Shown: one piece after another, positions 12,447-23,868 of the stretch
Layout: each line of letters opens with the position of its first letter
Numbering within the stretch: the first letter of the stretch is position 1
Origin: Lama glama
Lineage: Eukaryota
Direction of reading: 5' to 3'
DNA: 64,000 nt
Assembly: GCA_028534125.1 (NCBI GenBank)
Contig: CM052817.1
Span: forward strand, 36,830,001-36,894,000
Made by a program: the position numbers and the translations under genes
Notes under the pieces: generated by a model
What the model was told of the DNA's origin: nothing
What the model saw: only the letters and a program-made list of their open reading frames with translations
The model's database searches: none

Positions 12447-12667
12447 GGGAGTCAGCAAACTGTGGCCTGTGGGCCAAATCTGGCCCAACATCTGTTTTTG
12501 GAAATCAAGTTTTATTGGGACACAGCCATGCCCATTTGTTTACATATTGTCTATGACTGCTTTTGCTGCAATGACAGATTAGGGTAGCTGTGAAAGAAAC
12601 CATATGGCCCACAAAGCTAAAAATATCTACTGTCTGGTCCTTTGCAGAGAAATTGGCTGGTCCATGA
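12447..12667 (+). mobile_element. MER58A-like hAT-Charlie MITE
   Basis: gtcagcaaactgtggcctgtgggccaaatctggccc...aagttttattgggacacagccatgccc...tctggtcctttgcaga. Confidence 0.85.
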
Positions 12668-14479
12668 CTGAAATTGTGAAGGTTGAATTTGTATTTTAAA
12701 AAGAGAAGGCAAGGTCTGCACACATTGATGGAGGTCTTACGGACTTAGATGCTGGGAGTTATGAAACACAGGACAGAAAGCCTCCTGAAAAAGACCAGAA
12801 CACAGGAGAATTTAATTTACATGGAACTTTCATTCTTAGAACAACAAATCAAGTTAGTGAGTTTCTAACCCACTGAGTACGTCAAAGATCTAAGAGCAAA
12901 ATGTATTTATAGTTATTTGCACTTGGATAAACAAAAGGTCCAAGTGATTGCTTCATGATTTCCTTTTAATTAATATTGATTCTTGTTTTAAAGTGAGACG
13001 TATTTCTCGACATTAGACTATCCTTTTCAAAAGAGTATGTTTATGTTTTTCTTGCACTTTCATTATTTCTTCTCTTCTCATTCAGAGGAATTCACTTTGC
13101 CTAGAGATGGATTTTTTTTTTTAAATAAGAGGAATCCAAATAGAGAGAAAGTCAAAATTTGGTTTGTCTGTTCTGAAACAGGCTCTTGAAACTCTTGGCA
13201 GAAGCAATCATCTTGAAAGCCAAAGCTTTAGTTTTGCAAGGTGAAAATCTCGTTAAGGGAGGAAAGGATGTTAGAAAACCAACAGGGTCAGCCACGAAAG
13301 GGGCAAAGTATAGACTTTACGTTACAATAATAAATTGAAAAGGAAGGGGGCTATTCATGCTCCCCACGGATTAAATACGGCTCACCCTGGCTGCCAGCTG
13401 GGGATGACTGAGGCATCATGTTGAAGGAGATAAGGGGGACTTGAAATGAGGGGACAGGCCTCGGGTGACCACAAGGAGAGGGGCAGAGTCATCTCTCAGA
13501 AGCAGCTACCCTGTGGCCATGCTAATACTCAGAGACCATCCACCCCTGAAGTGTGGCCTGTGCAAGAAGGCCAATTAGCATACTGTTGTCTGGTGAGGAC
13601 CCACAGGTCGCCATGAATTGTCTCGCAGAAGTAACCACGTTTCATGCCCTAAGACCTTTCTTAGCCCATCTGAACTCCCCTGTGTGGCCAGCCTTCCTTA
13701 AATGGTCCGGGACACTCATGGGCCTTCCAGACCTCAGTGTCTGGAAGAGGCATATAGGGGACCAGCTCCCTGACAACCTTGCCGGTTTCCATAGAGACCA
13801 TATGGGCAAGAACTGACTGCAGTCCAACCCAAGTCTTGGCAAAATGCCTGGTAGTCGGTAGAGCACAGGACTTTCAACTACATCCACTTAGGGTTCAATC
13901 GCAGACTTTTGCTCAGGTCTACCTGCTTGGCTGAGGGGGGAACTGGCGCTCCACAGCAGAATGCCCTGCCACCTGTGCTGTCTGTCGCCTGCCCCTCTGG
14001 TCATGGTCATCCCATGGGACCAGGGATACAGGGAGCAGACGTCATGCTGATCCCGCTTGTGCTTCTGTGTGAACTGTTTGACTCCATTTGCGCCGAGGGT
14101 CCCCCTACCGGCTGTCTGTGGAGCTGTGGTAAGCAAACCGAACAGCTGCAGTCAGATCCTCGCAGCCCTGTTACAGTCACGCCCTGTGTGGGGACTGCCT
14201 GACTGCTTGACAGGGAGGAGGTCTTGTCCTGTTCTGACAGCAGCATGAACGGAGATTCTCCTTGTTTACTAACAGTCTTTGTTCTCAAAGAGATCCTCCT
14301 TGGATCACCTGAGCATGACATGAAAGCTGTGGAAACATTATCTTCTTAATTAACTCTGAAGGGCAAAGAAATGAAACATCGATAGGGTTGTTACATGTCC
14401 TCTTATCCAGAATGTCCTCTTCTGATTCCTCGTTAGATTCGCTTATCTTAACAGGGTGTCCTTTCTGTATGAAGAAAGA

Positions 14480-14705
14480 AGCTCTGAGTGGTCCCTGGGG
14501 CATGAATCCTAGGCCAGTCTCCTTTGCTCCACTTACCAGCACTGTCATCTCAGGCAGGTTACTAAACGTCTCTGTAATTCAGTGTCCTTACTTGTAAAAT
14601 GGAGTTGACTTCCAGTAAGTGTAAGGATTAAATGAAGTAATATATGTAAAATGCTTAGGGACCAACTGGCATGCAGCAAGTGCATAATAAGCATTAGCTA
14701 TTATA
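14480..14705 (+). mobile_element. MIR SINE
   Basis: aggttactaaacgtctctg...tgtaaaatgg...aggattaaatga core. Confidence 0.7.
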
Positions 14706-14729
14706 CTAATGAAAATAGTGGTTATTGAA

Positions 14730-14868
14730 CTTGAAGGTTCTCAAACTGTCCATCTTCTGTTTCTGATTCTGAAGATCTTGGATGCAACTCCAGAATTTGC
14801 ATTTCTAACGAGTTCTCTGGTGATGCTGATGCTACAGTTTTGATGGCTACATTTTGGGAACTACTGGG
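14730..14868. mobile_element. MER5-like hAT MITE
   Basis: ggttctcaaact...gaatttgcatttctaacgagttctctggtgatgctgatgct...gggaactactg. Confidence 0.7.
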
Positions 14869-14869
14869 T

Positions 14870-15290
14870 TACAATGTAATTTTCAGATAAAGAACAGAGA
14901 CCCACAATCAAAGTGGCTTAAAAAATGGAAGTTTATCTCCGGAAGTCAGATGTCCAGGGCTGGTGTGGTGCTCCTTAAAGCCAGACCTTTTCTATCGAGC
15001 TACCTTGCCATCCAGAGATTGTTGTAGATGGCTCGCTGCCGTGGCTGAATTCCAGCCAGCAGGAGGGAGAAATGAGAAAAAGAGCGAGAGAATAAGACTT
15101 CTCTTGAGGGAGACAAACAAGAAATGTACCCATGATGTGGCCAGAACGTAAATCAAATGGACACATCTAGCTCCAAGGGAAGTGGAAGAAATTAGAATTT
15201 ATTCTGTAGGCACCAGCTTAGATAAAAAAACCAGGGTTCTGTTACTCAGAGAAAGAGAGGAGAACAGATATTAACAGGCGCCTAGGAGCT
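14870..15290 (-). mobile_element. Old MaLR LTR fragment (MLT1J/K-like)
   Basis: aacagagaccc...agtggctta...attggccagaac-like segment...gggttctgttact. Confidence 0.5.
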
Positions 15291-16141
15291 CTGAGACACT
15301 TACAAGTTGGTTTCTGCATTTAAATGAGGACAAAAGAATTTTCTATGTGTCAGAGAACATAAATAACCAACTTCATCACCTCCACCACCCTCAACATAAG
15401 CATAGTTTATTTCACTTTTTATCTCTTCTCCATTTAAAGGAGTCATTTGATTCATTCTCGGGGGGAAGGATTATCTTTCTCTGGGAAGAATAAAAATGTT
15501 CCCCTTTCTTTTCTAATAATCTGAATTCTTGTCAAGTTTCTTCCAGATAGGCCATCAATGGATGCTATGAGAGATTACAGAAGAGAGAGCTTCTGCTGGG
15601 GAAGGTCAAAGGGAATTTGGAGCAAGAGGCCAGGGAGGCTAGCTGGCTAGAATGGCAGGGAGAGACTGGAACTCTAGTTCTAAGTAGGAAAAGTATTTCA
15701 AGAGGATGCTTCCATGCAGAAGATACAGCATGACATGGCTGAGAGAACTCCTGGGAGGGGCAGCGTTAGGGTGCCTAGGGGCAGAGTTCAATCATAGCCC
15801 TCATCATCCCATCCCTCAGTCTTCATCCAGGAATGTCACGTTGCCTCCATCTAGGCCCTGGGGAGTTGGTGGTCCACGGGCCTCACCATCCGAGTACCCA
15901 TTTGTGCTGGTGTCTAGACTAGGCTGTAAATCTTTCCTCTGCTTCCATTGCATACCCCCAAGTGAATGCCTTGGCACAGTTCTCCTTTTAAAAAGAGCCA
16001 CTCCTCTAAAGGAGACTCCTAGATGCTTGGAGCAATGGTAGAGAATAGTTACCATTCCACGCTCAGGGACTGAAGTAAACTAGCTCAAATCCCTGAGCTA
16101 GGATACTGGGGAGTGGATGCCCACATTACAGGTTAAAAGCA

Positions 16142-16189
<48 letters not shown>
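16142..16189. repeat. (AAT)16 microsatellite
   Basis: Perfect tandem AAT. Confidence 0.97.
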
Positions 16190-16190
<1 letters not shown>

Positions 16191-16939
16191 GAAAAAATTA
16201 ACTGATTTTGCTATATAAAAATGAGTAACTTCAAAATATTGATAAAGTTCAGAGAGCTCAGACATCCTTCCTAAATCTAAGATTTGATCATTGTATCCTA
16301 TATTGAGACAGTCTGTGACAATGTCACAGATAAACAGTACAGATTATCTATATTGCCTAATATATAGTATTTGTCATGTTGTTCCCAAGGCCTCCAACTC
16401 ATCAAAAGCTTTTGCTTACAAAGATGCATTAGGACAAGGGGGAAATGTTCTGTGAGTTACCAAAAGACGATTTTTATGGCCAGGTAATTCTGTTACAATC
16501 AGCTGCACCTAAGTATTAAGATGGAAAAGAAGGGGCTGGAGAGGAGAGATGTGATGCTCTGAACAGCTCATAACATGTCAGACTCTGAACAGCAAGCTGC
16601 TGCATACACTCCTTATGTAGGAGGTGTGGGAACAAAGAGCGGGAAAGAAAATTCATTTACTCTCAGTAGCACCATTATTCAAGCTCACCTAACTCCAGAG
16701 CTCATGCACTTGCACAATGCCAAGCAGTCTATACAGAAAGGTACACCAAAAATATCAGAGGATCTTTGCTTTGAAAATTTTCTTTAGAGCTCAAGTCATA
16801 AAACACAGCTGGTATAGAAACACAGCTGGCATAGAAAATTGTGATAGAGGACAAGGCTTATTTTTCAGCAATGTCTCATCATTAGAGATTTCCTGCCCAC
16901 TCCTGGCTCAACGTCCATTCCTGATGAATATATACGCTA

Positions 16940-17170
16940 ACGGTCAAGAGAACAGATTCTAAAGCCAGTCTGCCTCTGTTTTAACCTCAGCTTTGCCGTT
17001 GTGACCTGGTGCCAGCTGCTTAACCTCTTCATGCCTTGGTCCCTTCGTCAATAACATGGAGAATAATAGTACCTACCTGACAGGGTTTTGTGAGGATTAA
17101 ATGAGTTAGCAATAAATGACATTGTTAGAATAGCTGGGAAATTTTGAATAAGGACTGTATATTAGAAAAT
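16940..17170 (+). mobile_element. MIR SINE
   Basis: aataatagtacctacctgacagggttttgtgaggattaaatgagtta core. Confidence 0.8.
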
Positions 17171-17548
17171 ATTATCCTATTTATGTGAAATTTCTTGAGA
17201 ATGAGGATGATATGGTGGCTCTGTAGGAGAATTCCTTGTTCTAATGCTAAGTGCTGAAGTATTGAGGGGTGAAGCATTGTGATGCCATGATGTCTTCAAT
17301 CGTTAATGGTTTGGGAAAGAAGTAGATGAAACTGAAGAGAGGCACACAGAAATGGAAAGTGATCATGTAAATACGGCAAAAGGTTCACCACGGGTGAATC
17401 TACATGCTCACATCCTCATCTTCTAACTTTCCTGAAGGCTTGGTATTTTTCAAAGTAAAAAGTTAGGAGATGATGAGTTGATGTGTATGTTTAAGAGTTT
17501 TCTACCCCATCCCATCTCTCTTCCACCTAAAACCAAATCAAATAGGAG

Positions 17549-17756
17549 TAGGGTTGCCAGGTATACCACAGGACATTCAGTCAAACTTGAATTTTAGGCA
17601 GTGAATCCTTAATTTAGCAGAAACATGTCCCCAATACTTCACAAAGGCCAGATACTGCATGGAGCATATGTATACTAAAACATTATTCATTGTTTATCTG
17701 AAATTCAAACTTCACCAGGCATCCTACATTTTTATTTGTCAAATTTGGCAACGCCA
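17549..17756. mobile_element. MER53-like palindromic hAT MITE
   Basis: tagggttgccag...caaacttgaatttt...tatctgaaattcaaac...tttggcaacgcca; terminal and internal inverted repeats. Confidence 0.8.
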
Positions 17757-17969
17757 ATAAAAGCCATTTATTCCCCCAATGTGCATGGCGGACCCGGCCC
17801 ACAAGCAAGTCAAAATCTTAGTTATGTTGACCTATCCATGAGAAAATGGCTATAGTCCTTCTGAGTTTTAAACCGTAGTGGAAAAAAGCTTTCATCCTTT
17901 AGCTGAATTGTCCTCCCACTGGTCTCACCTTTTTCAGTTCTAAATCTCTCATTTTTCTTCTTAATTATA

Positions 17970-18498
17970 ACACATTTGAAGGATTGCATTTTTATTTGTG
18001 ATAAAACCCATTGATAGAATATACATACAGGTCACATAAAAATACATGAGGATGATTATTAAACCTAATATACAGTGATGGTTAGGTAACGTGATTAAAG
18101 AACTACACATTTATTGTATACAGTGTTACTAATAATGTCAATGAATCTCTTCTAAGAAGCACTTCTTGCACAAAGAGTATGTTTTAGCAGTTAGTGCAAA
18201 CACATTAAAATACTATTTATAGAACTACAACCTCAAATCATTCAGTCGCACTCGGTCTCATGCACTGGTTTACCACTTGACCAACGACCCTGATTTACAG
18301 CCTTTCAATAACATACCAGGGAAAAGCAACAGGAAGCCCATCACCTGCAGAAGCAACTGCAGAGGGCCACTTTGGAACAGCAGCACCATTCCACGTTATA
18401 ATATGCACATTTGTTGTATTGCACCTTCCTGAGTTGAACTTGGAAAACGGTAGCCACACATGACGCCAGCGCGGGTGAGTCCGCCCCGGTCTGGGCCC
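17970..18498 (-). other. IBSP: IBSP 3'UTR (end approximate)
   Basis: Follows the stop codon; minus-strand AATAAA at 18110-18115 and 17991-17996, and a distal one at 17767-17772. Confidence 0.75.
17991..17996 (-). terminator. Likely main polyadenylation signal of IBSP (AATAAA)
   Basis: TTTATT on + strand about 500 nt after the stop; 18110-18115 is an alternative. Confidence 0.55.
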
Positions 18499-19035
18499 TC
18501 ACTGGTGGTAGGAGTAATCTTGACCGTCATAGCTGTCATAGCCACGCCCTTTGTAGTAGCTGTACTCATCCTCATAGGCTCGGAAATTGTCCCCACGTGG
18601 GTCCCCATTCTCATTTTCGTAGATTTCATATCCAGTGTCATACTCACTGGTGCCTGTTTGTTCATACTCCTCGAATCCAGGGGTGGTGGTTTTCCCAGCT
18701 GGGGGCGGGGTGGTCCCATGGACCTCCCTGGGTGGAGGCGTAGGCACAAACCTGCCATTTGGAGAGGCGGTGACCTTAGAGCCACCGTTGCCCTGCCCTC
18801 CAGCCACTGTGGTTCCTTCCGCGCTGGCGTCAGTGACGCCCTCTTCCTCTCCACGGTCCCCACCGCTGCTGCCGTTGCCAGAGTCCACCTCTGTGGTGTT
18901 GGTGCTGGTGCCGTTGGTGACTTGCTCATTATCGTCCACTTCTGCTTCATTTTCTTCGTTTTCATCTTCTTCCTCTTCCTCCTCTTCTTCATCACTTTCC
19001 TCCTCTTTTGTAGCCTTCTTTCCTATATTCCCAGC
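18499..19035 (-). CDS. IBSP: IBSP exon 7 coding part, AGNIGKKATKEEESDEEEEEEEE...PRGDNFRAYEDEYSYYKGRGYDSYDGQDYSYHQ*
   Basis: ttacag|GCT acceptor; poly-Glu tract; RGD at 18589-18597; Tyr-rich C-terminus; TGA at 18499-18501. Includes ORF-track entry 18499..18939. Spliced total is 318 aa. Confidence 0.99.
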   Translation of the reverse strand, partial: AGNIGKKATKEEESDEEEEEEEEDENEENEAEVDDNEQVTNGTSTNTTEVDSGNGSSGGDRGEEEGVTDASAEGTTVAGGQGNGGSKVTASPNGRFVPTPPPREVHGTTPPPAGKTTTPGFEEYEQTGTSEYDTGYEIYENENGDPRGDNFRAYEDEYSYYKGRGYDSYDGQDYSYHQ

Positions 19036-19586
19036 CTGTAAGAAAAAGTTTGAAAGAATCCAAATCTAAGTGTGTAAAACAGAGAACTTAAGGCCATACT
19101 TTGTCCAACACAGGCTGTGCTGTCAGCCTTGTTCTATGTGTACTTTTGAACTGAAGCCGATTAGTTGGGGGAGGGGGGTTAAAAATTCTGAATTAGTGCT
19201 GTTATCATTGGGTTTTGGCAGAGAGAAAGAAACCTGGTAAGTACGTCTTCTCTGTGGGAGATGCTTTCTATAGCTTTGCTGCTCACTTTCTCTGTCTCGG
19301 AATCCTCTCCCCTGACATGCAATGGCATCTCTCGGGACCTTATATCCTTTGCTACAGTGCTCATCCTTAGCGTTCTGTGATAGTGCCGAAAGTCAGTGTA
19401 ACAACATGGGGAGAGGACTTGCCTGGAAGAAGATCTTTCTTATTTGTAAATAAGGGCATTGTACCTGTTCTTACTTTTTCATGAATTAACGAAGGTAGTA
19501 TAAAATACTCAGTGTATAGTGTCAGGATAACCTCAGACTTCAGTAAAGAAATGAGATCAGATTCAACATTTTGGAGGAGCTGTTAC

Positions 19587-19760
19587 CTTCTTGGGAAGTT
19601 GGATGCCAGCCAGACCTATACTCCCAGTTCCAGGTGTGATCTCCTCTCCATAGCCAAGCGTGGTAGTGGAAAGGGTGGCGTTCTCAGCCTCAGATTCTTC
19701 GTCTTCATTTGCATCAGAATCTTCATTTTCTTCATTGTTTTCTTCCTCATTTGAAGTCTC
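19587..19760 (-). CDS. IBSP: IBSP exon 6, ETSNEEENNEENEDSDANEDEESEAENATLSTTTLGYGEEITPGTGSIGLAGIQLPKK
   Basis: cccccag|GAG...AAG|gtaac; 174 nt in frame; NAT N-glycosylation sequon; ends in conserved QLPKK. Confidence 0.97.
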
Positions 19761-21499
19761 CTGGGGGAAATGTCCAGAACAAGAAAAGTTATTTTAGCCA
19801 GACGATAACTCAAGATTTGCTGGAATCATGAACCATTACTGGAAAAAAGCTCCATATCCCTCAGCCAGCTTGTCACCCGATGTTACGATTCTGCTTCCTC
19901 TTACGCCGTTTGCACCTTTCACTTCTCAGAACTCAATTCCGTTTTCTCATTGTATTTACTTCACTGTAGTGTGTTTCAGATATTTCTAAGTTGTATTTAA
20001 CCAATTCAAAAATATTTGTGTAATAGTTTCAGCATATCTGACTGTATGGTGTCATACCATACATGGCTTAGGCCCTTGAAGTCTTGTTAATAACTACATG
20101 ACATGATAGTACGTTAATTATTGTATTTGCTGACAAATCAGCTGAGAACTTTATACCTATTTTTATTCCTTTTAGCAGCCTTGCAAGGTAGAATTATTAC
20201 TCACACTCTTTAGAAAAGGAAAGTGAACTCAGAAAAGTTAAATAACGTGTTCAAAGTCTCATACTAAGTGATGAAACTATATCTTTCTAAACTAAAAAAA
20301 GCTGAGCCTTTCTATTACACCAGGACAGTTTTAATGATGATTAGGTTTTATGTGAATTGTCTACACTACACCTAGGAGATTTTTTCGGGAAGAAATTTTT
20401 TATAGAAACCCCTGTCTTCAAACAAATTGATTGCATGTCTTATTTTCTACCAAAAAGAAGTGAATGTATTTCATTTATTTTCAGGAGCTTTTAAAGAAAA
20501 AAAAGATATATTAAATTAAAAATCCATCTGCTGATATATAAGCCAGTTCTGTGCTGTGTGAAGTATTCAAAAGATTTCAAGCATTTGACATACAATTCTT
20601 CTGTGCAATGAAGAAAGTAAACACTTCAAGAAATCCTTAGTGATATTATTATGTTATTGCATGAAGGTTTTTTTTTAAAAAAATTACCACTCTTCAACTG
20701 AATGTTACTATCATCTTTAACATTTTATTCTTTTGCCTTTACTCCATGTTGTTAAGCAATTGTTGATTGAATTAATTTCCCAATGTAATTCATTGCTAAT
20801 ATTTAAAGTCAGGAATTCATACAGAGAATTTATTTACTTTAAATGAGTACTAGAAAGTTGAATTTATTTCAGTGTACTTTTAAAGGATTGTGATGTTAGG
20901 ATAACTTTAAACTAGGCAGCCTATATTTTAAGACTTTAAAAACAAACAAACAAAACTCAGATTTAGCCTACCTTATTATTAAAACAAAGTAACTAAAGAA
21001 GACTGTGTTTGTTTCTCTAGATTTGTAATTCCACTGTTTCAATGAACTCGTGGGAGTAGTAGAGTCCACCCCAAAACAGTCTCCAAGCTAATTGTGCCAA
21101 ATATCCCACAAACACCATACTGTTTATTTGTTTTTTTCATGTTTATATGCTTTAGTCCAACAGGCTAACCCTTTCAGGGGAGAAGGCAGAAAGATGCTTA
21201 GAGAAGGAGAAGATACAGGCTGGGTCCTGCGCTCTTACTCCTTGAAAAACCTGAAGTCCAATGGGATAAATGACTTGGATGAGGTCAAAGAGATGGCAGT
21301 TCATTTGCGGCTGAGCATGACTGCAGACCTGAACTCCCAACCAATCGGATTCTACATTTTCTCCTATGACACCCGCTCTTGTCCTAGTACTTTATTTAAT
21401 GATGTTCTGCTGCAGTGAGTTAAAAAGGAAAATAGGTCAGTCTTTTGATGGGTATTAGGCCTTATATATCTTTTTGAATAGACAAATCAGCAATAATGT

Positions 21500-22150
21500 G
21501 TGCTTAGAAAGTGTTACTAGCCCCCTAGAATGGCTAAAAATACTGAAAGGAACAAGCGTTGGTGAGAATGCAGAGCCACCAGAAGGCGCGTATGCAGATG
21601 GTGGGAGTTGACATCAGAGTATCAGCTTTGGGAAGCTGTTTGGTTGCATTTCATCAGGTTGAAGCAGACCTTTTGAAGTCTGGACGTTTCATATGTTCAC
21701 CAAGGAGGTCTAGAATGTTCACAGAAGTGCTTTTCTGTCATAGCCCAGACCTGAAAACTCCCCAGATGCCCATCAACAGAAGAATAACACATTGTGGTAC
21801 ATTTATATAATAAAACACTGATGATGAGAATGAATGATTTACAGCTATAGAACCAAATGGGTCAACCTCTGAAGCTGAGAGTGGAAGAGGCCACACGCAA
21901 AAGAGTAGGCGCTGTGCGATTCCATGTATAACACAAAAAGAGCCAAGAGCAATCTACCTTTTAGGAGTCAACATAGCAGTTGCCTGTGGTGGGGATGGTT
22001 AATGAATGGAATGGAGCACAAAGCATGTGCTGCTTTTTTATACGGGGGCCAATTACTCTTGAGTGTTCAATTTTTGAAATTTCAGTCATCTGTACACTTA
22101 TGATAATTGTGTTATTAGGTACATTATATTTCAATAAAAGTTTTTAAAAA
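21500..22150 (+). mobile_element. Old L1 (L1M) 3' fragment in IBSP intron 5
   Basis: cccagatgcccatcaacagaagaataacacattgtggtaca...gtacacttatgat...tttcaataaaag. Confidence 0.7.
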
Positions 22151-23805
22151 GTGAAACTGAATAATTTAGGAGTAGGAAAAATGTATTATCTTTAAATAGA
22201 AAATATGCCTAAGCACCTTCTCATGGGAATATAATTCTTAGGGACTCTATTTAACCTGAATTGCCAATGAAATTTTAGGGAAGAAATGGTGAAACAGAGA
22301 GGTTTTAAACTCTCTTCAGGATGGGCAATTCCCAGTTTTATTCATTTGGTTTTCTGTTATCACTTTGAATAAATGGTCTTTGGAGCATTTAATAAGTACC
22401 CTCTGAAGTTTCAAAACCAAATCAGCAAACATTTACCAGGCACTATATGTGTACAAGAAACTGGGCGAGGCAGTGAGGGTACAGCACTGCTCCTCCTCAA
22501 AGCAGGGATTGTAACCTGAGGTCTCTAGTCTCCGGGTCATGCAGTTTGCAGATGAGTTCTGGGAGGACCATAAATGTTCAGAGATTGTTGGCAAAATATT
22601 AAGTATGTGGGATTTCATCAGAGTCCACCATCACAACAAATGAAGAACCAGTGCCAAAAGGTACGCAGTCTAGTTGGGAAATCTAGCTGGCAAGGCAATT
22701 TTGCAGTCATTGTACGGCAAACAGCTGTAGTGAAATGGATTACCCTAGTTTAGCCCTTGAGTAAGATTATTATGTGGAACTCCAGGCAAAATTTTGTGGG
22801 ATTTAGTAGGTGGCATTTTTCTTGGTACTGACAACATTCTTGTAAGGTCTTCCTTTAAAAGCTATTGGGGTAAATTATGGTACTGAAAATGTTACTAAAA
22901 GTAACATAAAATGGTTTTTAAAAATATCAAACTAATTATTTGTCACTTTTAAACTTCCCACACCACTTTGTTTTCAGGACAGTAGACGTTTACCCATGAT
23001 CCATTTGGACTGTCATTGTCCCTTCATAAATAGCATCTAAGAATACCTGAATTTAGAAGGTTCCTAAACCAGTGGGTGGCTATAATTGACTATCCAGAAA
23101 AATGTACCTAATTAGTATGTTTCCATGGGCAAGAGTGTCAGTTATAAACACGTTAGCACAATTTCCAAGTTCTATGGATGAATTTTAGCCACAAACTACA
23201 CTAATTTGTTGTACTGTATAGTAAGGTATCTGTACATCTTGATTATTTGCATTTCTATGAAAACATGAATTTTATTATTAGGGAAAAAGACATGAAATTC
23301 CAATTAGGAAGAACAAGTAGAAAAGAACTACTTTATGAGTCCAGAAAGGCAGATGAATCGCAATAACATCATAGAGGATGTAAGATTAGCTTTCATATAC
23401 TACCCACTTATTAAATTGAATTTTTCAAGTTTAGTCCTTAAAACAAGTATTGCACTGAGTTTAGGATTATTGTGTATTTGTCTTTTACTATCATGCTCAA
23501 TCCACCTAAATATAAATAACACTTCTTTTTTTGATCAGAATTTATATTTCTTCCACTTAAAATAGAGACACTTTTGTATTTGTGTACCACGTACAGGTAA
23601 CTTTAACCCCAAACTGCAATAGTGTTTTAAACAGGTCATTTTAGTTAGTTTTAATTTAAATAACATTCCATTTGTCCAAAATAGAAGACTGTGGGCAGTT
23701 GGTAAGCTGGCGATGGTTATTTGCTGAGTCTGGAGTACAGGAGACTAGTCTCCTATTTGTTTTTTGTGCTTCCTGGTTATGAAAAAACCTGCAGAAATTC
23801 CTTAC

Positions 23806-23868
23806 CTCTTCTTCCTCCTCTTCTGAGCTATCACCATCTCCGTTTTCTTCAGATGAGTCACTGCTGCT
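23806..23868 (-). CDS. IBSP: IBSP exon 5, SSSDSSEENGDGDSSEEEEEE
   Basis: ttttttag|AGC...GAG|gtaag; 63 nt; SSEE motifs and first poly-Glu tract. Confidence 0.97.

Noticed and set aside
18460..19069. Plus-strand ORFs of 193 aa and 144 aa
   Set aside because: Antisense shadows of the low-complexity IBSP exon 7.
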